From Marsupella aquatica (lineage: Eukaryota > Plantae > Marchantiophyta), in contig OZ316892.1 in NCBI GenBank assembly GCA_973895155.1, forward strand, positions 13,942,861 to 14,006,860: 64,000 nt of DNA, read 5' to 3'. Positions 11,439 to 24,550 of the stretch are shown here, piece after piece; within the stretch, counting starts at the first letter, position 1, and the number at the start of each line of letters is the position of its first letter. Position numbers and translations under genes: made by a program. The notes beneath the pieces were generated by a model, which worked only from the letters and a program-made list of their open reading frames with translations, searched no databases and was not told the DNA's origin.

Positions 11439-14400
11439 TTATAGATCCATTTCACTCTCCCACCAAATAGGGCCAGTAGATGTGTGGTTGAGTTTGACGG
11501 GTGTGCAGATTTTCTGAGTTCATTTTTGTTGGGTCCTGCAACAGTCAGGGCTTAGTGGGGAGGACTAGCCAGCAGGAAATCATAAACTCCTGCGACACGA
11601 GTGTGAGCGCTAGGGTCTGGGAGGGCCTTCCACACATTTTTTGGCAACTAAACCAAGACTGCAATGAGGCTGCTTGCGCATCATATTAGAGTCCCCCTAT
11701 TGGTAAATATCATTTTTTAATCTTACCAATAAATCACTAACATAAGCTACTTTCCAGGACTAGGGTCTAGAGTGAAGCCTGTAAAGTGTAACTCCAAATG
11801 TGGACAATACTAGACTCTTAATCAGGACAAAGTGAGGGTGATCAACCAAAGGGGATTGGAAAAATAAAAACAAGAGATAGCATAGAACACTTTCTTTTGC
11901 AATAATGATTTTTGTCTTTATCTCTATTTATATTCAAAGAATGGGTCATCAGGCTATTAGAAAAGTGAAGCCAAGATGGACTATTGTGTTATTAGTCATT
12001 GAAAGTTTCTTTTTAGATGGTAGACCTATTGGTCATTGAGAGTTTCTTTTAGATGGTAGTCCTATTGGTAAACTCATTATTTTTAAATGGAGACTGAAGC
12101 CGGTATGGACCACGATGTTGGACACACTGCCCATCACTTGATGATTTATGAGTCTTAAAATCATTCTTAGATACCAAACAAGGAAGACAGAGTTTTTGTA
12201 AACTGAGACACAGTAAAAACACAAGCCCAAATATTTCATGTTAGCATAATGAAATTTACCCTTCCTCACTCTATGATGGAAAACTCAACCAAAATGGCCT
12301 AAATTTCAATGTCCCTTTGATTGGAAGAGTAGCTCACTTCTCTAGCATATCCCCCAAACTAGAAAATATTGAATTTATGAGTATCAAGTTGTTAAATTAG
12401 ATTCAAATTTTTTGGAAATGCGGTCCATGGGGGCTTCAAAGACTAACCTTGTGGTCCCATGGGGACTTAGAATTCTTTTGAATGTGTATGTGTTTGTTTT
12501 TGAAAGAAAATTCTATAAATGGTAGCAAAAAAGTTCACCCAAATCTATTTTTCCTTGGCTTCTTATGTCAAAAGAGAGCACCCGATCATGGTCACGCCTG
12601 GTTGAGCAAGTTTAATTGCTAATATGTTTTTCTTAAGTCTTGCAAAAATTGCAATAAAACAGTCTTCACTATTGGGGATAGGTCCAGTGTTTGTGAAACT
12701 TGGAAAAATTTTCCATTGTGCATGTTTTAGGAATATTCTAGGTAGTTGAATGGATGTATTGCATTTGGATGGTAGACACTAAAAACATTATGACATTCCA
12801 CTGCAATTTTGGAACTAAAGAAATTTACTTTTCAGGCAAGGCATGCCCGGAACTGATTTCATGGCTTTCCCTTTGGTAGTAGTAAGTACCTTAGGAAAGG
12901 ACTAAACCAGGCCCCTTGAGCATCTTCTGGACTTGATGGACCACAACGATGGACTCAGGACTTGACAAGGCCCTTGGGACAATTGGCCATCAGAAATTCA
13001 GAAAATGCATTAACTCTGCAGCAGTAATTATCGGGTCCGCCTCCACTATACAGAGCATCATTTCTTGACTCGGTGCACCAAAAACCTGCAAAATCTTAAC
13101 TATTGGATAATGAAATGAAATAGGTTTATCATAAATGAATGTTAATGTTATTAGTATATTGGATGATGCAATGAAATAGGTTTGAGATGAAAATAATTTG
13201 GTGTGATCTCTTAAGTTCAAACTACCTACTGAAAACAATTAAGATTTTCTAGACATCTATGGGGACATCTACTAACCTCAATCTTGTATTATCGAAACAA
13301 CTTTTAAGTACTTTGCCACTAAACATGTTCTAATTTACAATACTCTTAGTAGTGGCAAGTCCTTTATTGTCATTTTGGAGTTGTGGACTGAAATACCGTA
13401 GGTCTTTTGAACTATGGTGCTATTTGAATGGATTTGAACTACACTAGGTCTAGCTAGGCATGAAATATTTCCCATCAACATACCGTGGCACCTACATTAT
13501 TTATCACAATTAGTGCAGGCAAAACTTATTGTGTAGTTTTAACAATTGTGCAACAATAAACTTGCTTGCCTGCAGTGGGCCCTTTTTGCTATCAAGTTCT
13601 CAAGAGAAGGGAAAAAAACAAAGTGTTCAGAAAGTATCATGGTAAAGTTGTCAATGCTCACGTGCTCCTTGAATTTGATTTTAGGAGAAGGCTCCTCTAC
13701 TTTTAGAAATCTGCAGGTCTTCTCACGAGCACGTTCATATTTGACAAGTGCTTGCATGACGCAAATTATCCCCTACATGCCAAGAGAATGGATATTTTCA
13801 ACTTGGGACAAAACTGATACAGTCTTCCTAGTCATTTCTAATTGTCCAATTGTGTGAATCACACTTCTATCTAGAATAGGTCCATGGTCAAAGTTTGGTT
13901 TGATCAACATAACTCTCCTCCCATGCACCATTCCAGCTGATGCTGCACTCTTTTCCACTTTAATGAGGGAAGCAGCCAATGCATGTGAGGCTGCCCATCC
14001 CGTCAAAATTCTACCAGAGTTCTTCTCCTCATTGTAAGTATGGGCGATTATGCCCCACTTTTGGTGGGGAGGGGGGTCAGGGGGTGAGTATCACTATAGA
14101 CAAGTGAAGCAATGGGCACTGTTACTTTTGGGGTGGGATGAGCATCAACAGTGTCTTGTAACAAAATGCTCCTGGCGAACGAGTTCAGGTTTTGTGACCT
14201 TTGCACCTGCAATGCACTCACAGTGTGGTGCACTACCACAAGGTTTTACCATTAAATAAAATTTTGTGTACCCATTGGAAAGCTAGAGTAGTTGGATCAG
14301 GTAGCCTCTCCGTAATCTGGAAGGGGAGCAATTAATTATTGGCCTTTTCAGTTTCCCTTCAAGGCTAGCTTATAATATTTTATTTGATGCCTTACCCACT

Positions 14401-15387
14401 AAGATGACAATGCGATAAGAAGACTGAAGCTGCAACGTCTTTTGATTTGATACCGTACTTAAGAAAGTTTGTGACTCATTTCCAGCATTGGAGCAAGTCC
14501 TTTGACAGTGGATAACACGTGATCTCCCTTTCTAGGGTGTCAATCGAGCCATTGTCAAAAGCCAGTTTTATCTCTCTGTTTTTACCATTGCACAGATTTT
14601 GTGCAGTAGATATGTATTTTGGACCCTGTCTCCCTGTTTGGCCTTTTTGTTGTCCTATGGCAGTATGATATAAATGATATGTTATTCGGACCGGTTGCAT
14701 CTGGATGCTATCATTTTTTGACTGCAAATCTTCAATTTAAATAGATTAACCCTTAAATGCATGGCCAACAGTGCAAGCAGACTCCAAGGAACGTGCTCAA
14801 GACACGCATACTCCACATATTAACTGAACCCAAGACTTCAGATGACCAAAGCAATGCTAACGATGGTTATGTTCAAATCCAAGTGAAGAATTTCATCATG
14901 TTTCTAGTTTCATTCTTTGTTTGTCAATTTAGAGAAGGAATCACCATTCCTCATCATTGCATATTGCCATAAGGGGAAGTCAGAATTTGCAACATTAGTC
15001 CAAATTTGCCACATTTGATCTCACTTTTGGTCTCTAACGTCTCATGTCACCACTGTGATCAGTGAAGTGAAAGGAAAGTCATCATTCAATCAGCGAACTC
15101 AAGAAACCAATGATTGAATATGTGCAGCTGAAAAACAGGCCACGAGTGGCTGCTTATAGCAAACGACAATGGAAATGTACATAAAGCCCATCCCCAACTA
15201 AAAGATAATTTCAAACTCCTTAGATTGCTGATGTCAACTATTCTGAGAATGTCAACTTGACGTGAGTACTGTCCACATCTGTTGTGAAAATGGTTTACCC
15301 TTCTAGAGCACAAAAAGGTTAACTTCAAGTTTTCATATGCTGCCAACTACTACTCACTAACATGCAAAGGATGTTTGCATGGACAAT

Positions 15388-15787
15388 CAGGGCTTCACAT
15401 TTAAGGATGATGGCTTCTGGCCATAAGCAAATTGCCACAGCTTTTTCACAGGGTTATGTAAAAGTTTTTTTTTAATAATCTCTGCAGAGACTTCTGGTCA
15501 TGGTATATGACCAATCTTTAAAAAAATAAAATTATATTGGTAGTCCATAACTCTTTCTGTCCGTAACCTTAACTACTTTTTTTGCGGCGGCGGCGGTGGG
15601 GGGCGGGGGGGGGGGGGGGGCATGGAGGCCGTCAATAACACCTGAGGGGATTAAAGCCTCCCGAGAAGGAAACTAACGGGCCCAACACCCGGGAGCCAAA
15701 CAGCCCGGCAACGAAGCAAAAACCTAATCCTGCCACAAGACCCGGTGATAACTTCATCATAGCGTCACCCTGGAACTTGTTGAATCT

Positions 15788-15838
<51 letters not shown>

Positions 15839-15918
15839 ACAATCTGTCTGTCCTACCCACCATGCACCTTGTTCTTCTAAGTTAAGGTCCATCAAATATT
15901 GAGGTTTGGGACCTCCTA
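15388..15918. mobile_element. MITE of the GGGCGTCTCAA-TIR family, interrupted by a ~300-bp insertion
   Basis: 15390-15578 and 15878-15918 together match the reverse complement of 28126-28372 (…ccttaactactt | agttcaggtccatcaaa…). The segment 15579-15877 is extra. Confidence 0.65.
15792..15833. repeat. (CT)n microsatellite
   Basis: Pure tctctc run of about 42 bp. Confidence 0.95.
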
Positions 15919-16744
15919 TTGGACTAGTAATAAGGAAGATAGAGGATAAGTATAAAGAAGGGCCCAATTGATCTAAAACAAACAATTGAGATTCGCTCAA
16001 GGCAGCTGAACAAACAAACCTAGGTAATTCATACACAATTATAGTAAACATAAAAACTATGTGGAAGACCTTTAAAGATAATACTGAACTAAAGACATAT
16101 AGCCTGTTGGTAGTGGCCTGTGACTCATGCATTGAAGGAGATGTTGGGTTCAAAGTTGGTCATGAAGGATGAAGATGTTGGTACGGAATATATTTTAGGT
16201 CATCTCAGCTTTCATGCTCAATGTCATGCTCAGTCTTGAACCAGAATTCTTGCCAATAACTTCACTTGCAGAACTGGGCAGCAAGGACAAGAGAAGTTGT
16301 TACATTGGGGAGTGATCCTACAAGCCAAAAACCTGAGCATGAGCTAGAGACATAAAAATAAGATTGCTTATACAAAACAGTGCATTGTGCTATTCTACAT
16401 TATGTTGTTTTGTCAGTCAATCTTAATGTCCTTTAGGAGAGACAAGTTCTCACTTCTGCCTTATCACATATGCTATGTAGTCAGACCTAAGCATGTAGCC
16501 CCTTGAGCCTCACATCCAAAACTTATGCCTGATCACATATGCTATTTTGGTTCGGGCACTATGACCATGACACCCTCTGTTTCCATAAGTCTCCCAGTTA
16601 TTGTTCCCGCGGACAGACAGGAGGACAGAAGGAACGTACTATTGTTGCTCTAGAGCCCTCAGTAGCCTGTTGGTTTTTTTTTATGTGAAAAGGTCTTTGG
16701 TCCATTAGTCCATTGGTGTAGTTAGGTCACAGCCAATAGTCCAT

Positions 16745-16908
16745 TACGGAGTCTCAAATCTCTCCTTTCTGCCTCTGGTAGCAGTCAAGGACAAATTCCC
16801 GAAAAAAGTGGGGGACACAAAAATGCATGTGAGGACACTCCTGGCCAGTGATCAAAACTGGTACCGGGCCAATTTTTTTTCCGCAAACCTCTACCTTTGA
16901 GACCCTTA
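16745..16908. mobile_element. MITE copy (inverted relative to 11269-11438)
   Basis: Ends tacggagtctcaaa ... tttgagaccctta. The internal sequence (gaaaaaagtgggggacacaaaaat…caaaactg…gggcc) is a reverse-complement match to 11290-11392. Confidence 0.6.
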
Positions 16909-17382
16909 TTGGAGCACCAACTTCAAGAAGCTAGGGAGTTTTGCTGGTTTAATGTGTGGAGTGAATGTCCTTCCTTTGCAATCTTGTGTTTTCTTTTTTC
17001 TTTGTGGCACTGAGTTTTTTCATCCACAAGAGATTGGTTTGGCACTTGGCCCAACCCCACACACCCACACCCACACCCATCGAGAGGGGGAGGGGGGGGG
17101 CTTTCATGTGTTTGATGAGGAATGCCAAGAGGTAGATGCTGTGTACCGTTGCACACATGTAAAGCTTTCCATCCAGTTCGTTACACGCTGTGCCTTCATC
17201 TGGTGAGGCTGGAGTACGGTGGTGTACTTCATGAATCATGATTTACCAAACTCTCTACGAGATAATTATGCAATCTGCCCACGATTTGCTGCCTCGAGCT
17301 AGTGCAATGTCCACTTGTCCAGCTTGCTAGCATCGTCAGTGATCCTACAGAGTGTTTTTCAAGGCTGACAGGTGTGGTCAAG

Positions 17383-20300
17383 ATGGGCGTGGGAGCTGGT
17401 CTCTGGGAGCACTTGAGTGCCGTGAAAACGGAAGAGAGCTTGAGCTTGCTTAGGGATAAGAGATTGGCCATTGATCTGTCGTACTGGCTCGTGCAACAGC
17501 AGCAAGCTTTGAAGGGCAAGCGCGTTCTGAAACCACATTTGAGGCTCACTTTCTTCCGAGTAATTAATCTCGTAGCAAGGGTAAACCTCTCCACCCACTG
17601 ATGAACAGTAGTCAACACGAGTGTGCCTCTTGTGTCAGTCGCATTCATTCTTTGAAAGTGTGGCGGGCACTGTAGGCATCATTATTTTAGATTTGTATTG
17701 GAAGGTTCAGAGCACTGGGTTTTCCATCGCTGAACTGATAGGTTGCTTTGAGCTTTTGAAGATCTTCGTACTCAACAATTGAGTTTCTTTTCCATGATGC
17801 CAAGAGAGGGAATGAATAACCTCCCTGCCCCTTTTCAGAATATTCGTTCTTCTTTTGATGAAAATCTGCAGTGAACGAAAGAATATATCAGTGAAGTGAC
17901 TGAATGAATGCCATGCCGTTCAAGGTCAAGCCAGCCTCTCTCTTTCGCGGATCCGTTTACTTGTGACGTCAGCATTCCATCCTACTCAAATATAATAGTA
18001 TTTGTGGGTTACCTCGCTACTGTGGTGGGTCAAAAATGATGCTTGCCACCCACCCCGAGATGCGAATGATCTTTGTCACACTTCGCCGTATCTAGAAGTA
18101 CAGTACAGGGCAAGAACACGGACTTCATGTGATCTATCACATTTGCTCTTTTCCTCCCCCTTTCTCTGAATGATCCAGGCACGGACTGCTGCGGCCATCC
18201 ATCCCTCCTTTTCTGTGGCTGTCGAAGTATTAATTTCGCAAGAGGTTGCCAGGACTCCGGGAACTAGGTGCGTGCTCTGGAGGACCTGTGGCAACCAAGC
18301 ATTTTTAAAGAATCCCTCGTGCATGCCGCTCTGGTTCTATTTTCTTTCCCTTGAAAAATTCAGCTTTTTAACAAAAGAAGAATCAGCATACAGAGAGGGT
18401 GGTAGCGCACGAGGGACAAGGCGGGAGAGTGCCGTATCAGCGTGTGTTGTGAGTGGTTAAGTCACCAGGGCTGAACGTACAGTGCAGTATTGTACGCGTT
18501 ACTCGATCAACGGAAGCTACTATCCAAATTAAGCACAGACAGAAGTCCTCAGGACGGTCTCCCGAATGCCTGTTGGAGCGTCAAACCCGACTCGAACAAA
18601 GCAAGGATCACAAACTACATAAGTTATAATTATTGTTGTAACGAAATTAACGTTCTCGTCGTCTGTCGCATGCAAAGTGCTACCCTCCTTTCAAATTTTC
18701 GACATCTTCGACTGCAGACTGATCATTTTGCAAAGGCAGATTCATGTCTCCTCTTAGTTTTGAGGGTTCGTTGGCTGCACATCCGTCGTGATGCCGTGAA
18801 TTAATTTCTTCCCTTTCCTTGAGACCCCAAGTCCAGATATTGCACTACGGAAAGTACAAGCAATGAATTGGAATCTTATCCTAGAATCTTCATTCTTTAT
18901 GATGGAATTTCATGCAGTGCTTGCATCAGTGCTATTCGTTCAATAACTCACTCAATTTCTTCATACTCATTCAGCTAATTACTCCATGAATGGACATTTT
19001 GGATATATACAACAAAGTCAAATTTCGAGGGAGAAAATAATATCTCCTTAATTAAGATGGGTGATGTTGAAAATTAGGCTTTCGGTTATTCGATCAAGAT
19101 CCGTTCCTCTTTACTCAAAAACTCCCGCTCTGTCTGCTTGCATCGAATCCTTTCTTAAAGCACTCCAGCTCTGTTTGCTTGCGTCGAATCCTTTTATACT
19201 GCGCTGTTCGTGTTCGATATCATCAGCTGCCTGGGTCACAAAATGAGTCGATGTTGTATCCAGCGCGTCAGATTGTATCGGTACCCTGGTGGCAGTTGCA
19301 CGGTGCTACTCAAAATATAGAACTTAGGCATTATGATCAAGATACCTTGCATTCTCTAACGTCTGCAGAGCTGCAGGGATATTCTCCTCCCTTAACTGGT
19401 TTCTATCGTGGAGTTGATTCCAGAGCTTGGCAGCCCTAGATCTTTTGACCATTTGACTTCGTTTGAAGTTGTTTCTAGCCTTTAAGTCTTCGGAGAAATT
19501 AGCTATGAAGCCCTTGATTTGAAGGAAAAATGGCTTGCTGAACTTGTCTTCACAGCTTATTACTGAAAATGCTGCATCTAGTTTTTCTCTGAAAGAAAAT
19601 TTCCATGTTTTTCCAAACTAGCTATTTATTCTTACTTCTAAGTTATGTGAAAGCGTGCACATACGGGGCAACCCAGACATTTCACGGCAAAATGCTCAGT
19701 TTTCTTTTTCCATCTTCAAGAGTTTAGAACTTTCGATTTGATATAAACTTAAACAAGGTTGATTGGAGACGGGTACGATTTTTCTAGGACGAGACAGATC
19801 TTATTTTCTTAGACTCTAAAGCAAGCGTTTATTTTTGTCCAAATATTAATATTTTTCTTCCAGTGGCTTACATTTTCTGACCACCAACAATTTGAGAAGA
19901 AACTAACATACCGATTTGTGAACGTGAGGACAGGTGGGAGCAAAACCTTTGTTTGTGGTGGATGGGGAACCTCCAGCCTTGAAGAAGGTAGTTCAGGACA
20001 AACGAATCAGACAATCTTCCCAGACATGGGCACACTTAGAATGGGAATGCGAGAATTCAAGCCAAAGTAGCTTCAAAGACAAAGTTGAGGAGTGTGTGGT
20101 AATCTCTACCATCTCTGAGTCTGTAGATAGACGAAATGAAGGTTTCCTCCAATAAAACAACTGTCGTGCTAGGGTACAAGTGTTAAGCTTCACATGTGAA
20201 TGACACCTTGACATTTGCGAGCACTTGTAGGAGGGGTACTAATGAACCGATGAATTGATAGTATACTGTGGTGGATTACTGATATTTCCTAGAATGGCCC

Positions 20301-23300
20301 ACTCCTTTTAGGAATTGTAATTCTCCACAGAAACGGGTTTAGCTGAATGGTCTGAACGATGTGGGTCAGAACCTCATGATAGTTACTGTTTAATCGAAGT
20401 TCGGCACTCATAGTTTCCATAAATGTTCATCTGGAGTGAATATGTGCAGGTTATGTTAGAGTATATGGGAATTCCAGTAATCAGAGCTGAGAGAGAGGCA
20501 GAGAGCCTCTGTGCTGAGCTAGATAGGAAAGGCCTGGTGGATTTTTGTGTTACACCTGACAGTGATGCCTTCGTACATGGAGCAAAACATGTCATCAAGA
20601 ATCTCCAAGCTCTTCCGAAGGTTGTAATTTAAATTTCCGAAGTAGAAGAAGACCCTAATAGTTCATGACACTTTGCACGATTATATTGATAGCCTGTATT
20701 TTCCCATTGTAAATTACTTACCATTTGCCAGTATTGGTACCCATTGTTGACGTGTGATATTCTTTCTTATGTTTTATCCCTGGCATTTTTTGTGGGGATT
20801 TATCAGTTTTAGAATCAACGCGATTCGCGATGTTCTCATGCTGAACTTTTTTTGGACAGCCTCAGTTTATGACAATCATGAGTTAACAACTTGTTTCTGT
20901 CCAGGATCCTTTAGTTGAGCTATACCAGGCCACAGATATTATGGAAAAGCTTCGCCTTCACCAGAGGCATCTGCTGGCGTTGGCTTTGTTGGTCGGTTGT
21001 GATTATACTGAAGGTGTCCCAGGTGTGGGGTTTCAGAATGCCCTACGTCTCGTTCAATACTTTTCAGAAGATGAGATTCTTGACAGGTGCGTCATCACCG
21101 AGACCATTAATTTCAGGATTGAATGAATCACAGGTAAGAAGTCAATTGGCAAAGTAATTGCAGTGAATGGATCACACCACATATCAAAGATTGTTGTACT
21201 ACTTCATGGCCCCTCACGACGTGGTACAAGCAGTAGGTTGGCTTCTCCCGCCTGATAAGAGATTCTCACCCTTTCATGGATATTTCAGCAAGATTGCAAT
21301 TATCTCACCTTTATTGACCTTTATTGTCGCCTATATTCTCGTCCTCAGATTGCGCGCCTGGGGAAAGGGGGAGCTTCCTTCAAAGGCTGAAATTATTCAG
21401 CCTTGTGATGCTGATGAGGATAACGAACAGATCATCATCAAGTATACACATTGTTCCAAGTGTGGGCACCTTGGGAATAAACGAAACCACATGAAGTTTG
21501 GTTGTCAAACTTGTACTGGCTGTACAGATGGAGATTGGACGAATGCAGATTTGGTGATCTTAGGTTGCAATGAAAAGCCGAAGGGATTTGGATGCACATG
21601 CCACTTCTGTATAAAGGTAAGAACATTCTCCTTCGGTTACTATGGCGCAACTTCTCCCATTTGATGACTGCGCGAAGATCTACATCGTTTGCGTTATTGT
21701 TGTTCTCGACATTGCGCCACCGTACATGTTGGAGACTTTTTGTCATTGCTGTCCATGATCTCTTCCATCTCAAAGTTTGATAAGGGGCCTACCTATTTGC
21801 AGAAAGCCAACCAGAATGAGAAAGCAAGATCCAGAGCTTGGTGGACAAAGATATGTTGTAAAATGGCAGCTACTCCAGGTTTTCCTAATGAGGATATTAT
21901 AGACATATTCCTTAAACCTGATATAACGATGTCCGAAGGTAAGGCATACGCATGAATTATTCAGATGCATTCTGTTGATCATTTCTTGCAGGAGTTACGT
22001 TTACAGCATCAATGTTCGGCCCATGCCTGTTAAGCTGTTCCTCTCCAGTTGGTCTCTGTGATTGTGCAGAGTGCACTGTTCTGGAAGCACAATTTTGGCA
22101 ACACCCTCATCTGGGAAATTGAGGAGCCCATTGACCGTATGAAACGAACTAAGTCTACAAATCTGTCCAGCCCAATTCAGTCTACCAGCTTCCGTGATTG
22201 ACTGCTTACACTTTTTACAAGATCAATAGGCTCCTCAATTTCTCTGTCCTGTGGCAGAATGACAAAAATCCTTAATACACAGGGCACTCTGAAAGAGTCA
22301 TGTGATTTATCTGAGGATGCGGTTCGTCATTGATCAATCTACCACTCATGAAATGCCCTGCTTGCACAGATCCTGAAAGTTTCACCTCTATTATGGCTCA
22401 GCATCACCCCAATATGAAGCAGCTAGAAGGTTTTCTTAAACAAAACTTACGCTGGGATGCTAGTTACACTCGTCACAAAACTCTACCCTTGCTTTCCCAC
22501 TTCTGCCTTGTGGAGTTGGCAGCCAGGAGTTTTCGTTCACTAACTCAGAACGGACCCAAGGGATTGATAAATAATCTCTACCGTCCTTGCTACATTGAAC
22601 GAGTAAAGATCGACCACTCAGAACGTCTCTTTGTGTTGAAGTGGGAGACTGTGAACAACAGCGGAGCAAATGCTGCTAAGCAGTGGGTAGGAATAGAATC
22701 CCCTCTAATCATCACAACAAATGAGAATATTGATCTTGTGAGAGCAGCTTGCCCTGAGTTGGCAAAAGTGTTCGACAAAGCACAGGTGACAGACAAATAC
22801 TTGGCCACAGCTGACTAGGTCAATGCTTTATGGTTATCAAAAGTTTCTTAACCACGTGAATAGCGATTGTGATTGTAGTTGTGTAATCGCTTTTAGTTTC
22901 AAGGGCTGTTACTGACAACCATTTTTGGCTGCCATCACTGTACATTACTTGGAAACAGATGGCCAAACAAGAGCGTCCTACAAAGAAACTGAAGCGAAAG
23001 AAAGTGGGAGCAATTGATGAGAAACAATCAAACATCTTATCCTACTATCAATCGGTACATGCTTCAAACATTGGAATAGGCAGAAAACCGCAAGAGTATG
23101 TATCAAGTGGGCTCACATTGGACAGTTCTGCAGCGACTCCCCCTCCCTGTGACGTACTGGATGAATCTCATGCTTTATTCGGACGTGACACCGATGTTAA
23201 ATTTCAGGAATCAGGATCGTCTTTGGCCACAGCATCTCCACTGCTTGGTTCTTCAGACAAATTGCTACGCAGGAAGGCTCTGTCAAGAAAACTGACCTTT

Positions 23301-23306
23301 TTGTAG
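17383..23306 (+). CDS. GEN1: Flap endonuclease GEN-like 1 / Holliday junction resolvase (XPG/Rad2 family)
   Basis: Eight frame-consistent GT-AG exons: 17383-17580, 19934-20098, 20450-20620, 20905-21086, 21349-21616, 21803-21938, 22370-22785, 22959-23306. Motifs: XPG-N MGVGAGLW…AIDLSYW…KPHLRLTFFR…PLFVVDG; XPG-I EREAESLCA…TPDSDAF; H3TH LLVGCDY…GVPGVG; and the Cys/His insertion typical of plant GEN1 (HCSKCGHLGNKRNHMKFGC…C.C..C). Confidence 0.93.
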
Positions 23307-24299
23307 AAGATAACTCAGAACCTCAGGTAAAGTAACTACAATCTTCATGGATCAAATGGGATGAATTGTGGATGTCCCTCGTCCTGATTTATAGGGAAAG
23401 AAGACGGGTAATCCTGAGGCTGGATTGGAAGAAAATACCCTTTTTGACAAACAAAGTCCCCAGCTTAGAGGAGGGCCATCGGCAGCGTCTGTAACTTGTC
23501 GTATATTGTATAGAGATGCAGTGAACACCTCGATGAGAAATTTCAGTAGTTCTCTCAAGAGAGTGTTGGACGCCTGTATCGAGACCCAAATATTTTCCAG
23601 TGAGAGCATGGATACTCCTCTGAGTAAGAAAAATGTTTTAGATCTGTTGCTGACCCGTCGGATGATCAGGGAAGTAAGTTCTTCATGTGTAATTGAGAAC
23701 ACCTCTTGCTTGTGCTGGAGTGCATATCTCCCTCGCACCGTCAGTCTCCTACGCCAAAAATTGTTCCCTCCCTTGCAACATCAACATGGTCCAGTGTTCT
23801 GATTATACCAGGCAAATATTACTTCGTTGTAGCAGGATTGCCACAGATGGCATGGTCATCATTTCCTACCTGAAATTACCACTGTTAGGCACCTGCAAGT
23901 TTCCTTTGGAACTGTGTGTCTGGAAGGTGAATTTTTTTTATCCAAATTCGCCACCTTCCTCACTCGTTTGACACCCTGGTTGCCAGATCTTAATCGTGAA
24001 CAATCCAATGGTGTATATAAGACGTGTCAAACTCCCCCGTCTGGCATACTGCCCATTGTGGTGTAGATTAGATGTGTCAAACTTCCTCTCTCTGGCATAC
24101 CGCCGAACGTTGACTCACCACCCAACCTTACTTGGACCCACACAAAAACAACACTGTTTAGAGTGGCAGCTAGAGAACCTGAGTGCTTACAGTGTTGAGG
24201 TAGTGTGAGCTGATCATTTGCGATTCAGGAAAACTCGAAAACTAAAAATGAACACCATATCCTAGGAGTGGCCCCCTGTTGGCACCAAAGCACTGGCCA

Positions 24300-24550
24300 G
24301 TCTTATGGAGTATGCAGCTCCTCCTACAGGAATTAAATGTCTTGTCTTATGGAGCATGCAGCTCCTCCCACGGTAGTAAAATGTCTAGTCTTATGGAGAA
24401 TGCATCTCCTCCTTCAGTAGTTAAACCACAACTGCCCTTCAAAAGCTACAACTGCCCTTCAAAAGCTACAGGAGTTAAATGTCTAGTCTTATGGAGAATG
24501 CATCCCCTCCTTCAGTAGTTAAACCACAACTGCCCTTCAAAAGCTACAGG
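24300..24550. repeat. Imperfect tandem array (~43-bp unit gtcttatggag.atgca.ctcctcc…aaatgtct, plus actgcccttcaaaagctaca units)
   Basis: Four copies of gtcttatggagNatgcaNcNcctcc and three copies of aactgcccttcaaaagctaca. Confidence 0.8.

Noticed and set aside
13500-15350. Scattered ORF fragments that might be a decayed transposase or viral insertion
   Set aside because: No diagnostic motif could be recognised in any listed frame; would need a profile search.
17581-19933. Large GEN1 intron 1 as a possible host of a nested gene or TE
   Set aside because: Only short, motif-free ORFs; no termini or repeats could be supported.
23352-23802. 125-128-aa ORFs just downstream of GEN1
   Set aside because: No recognisable domain and GEN1 already terminates at 23306. 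Probably 3' UTR, although an alternative last exon cannot be excluded.
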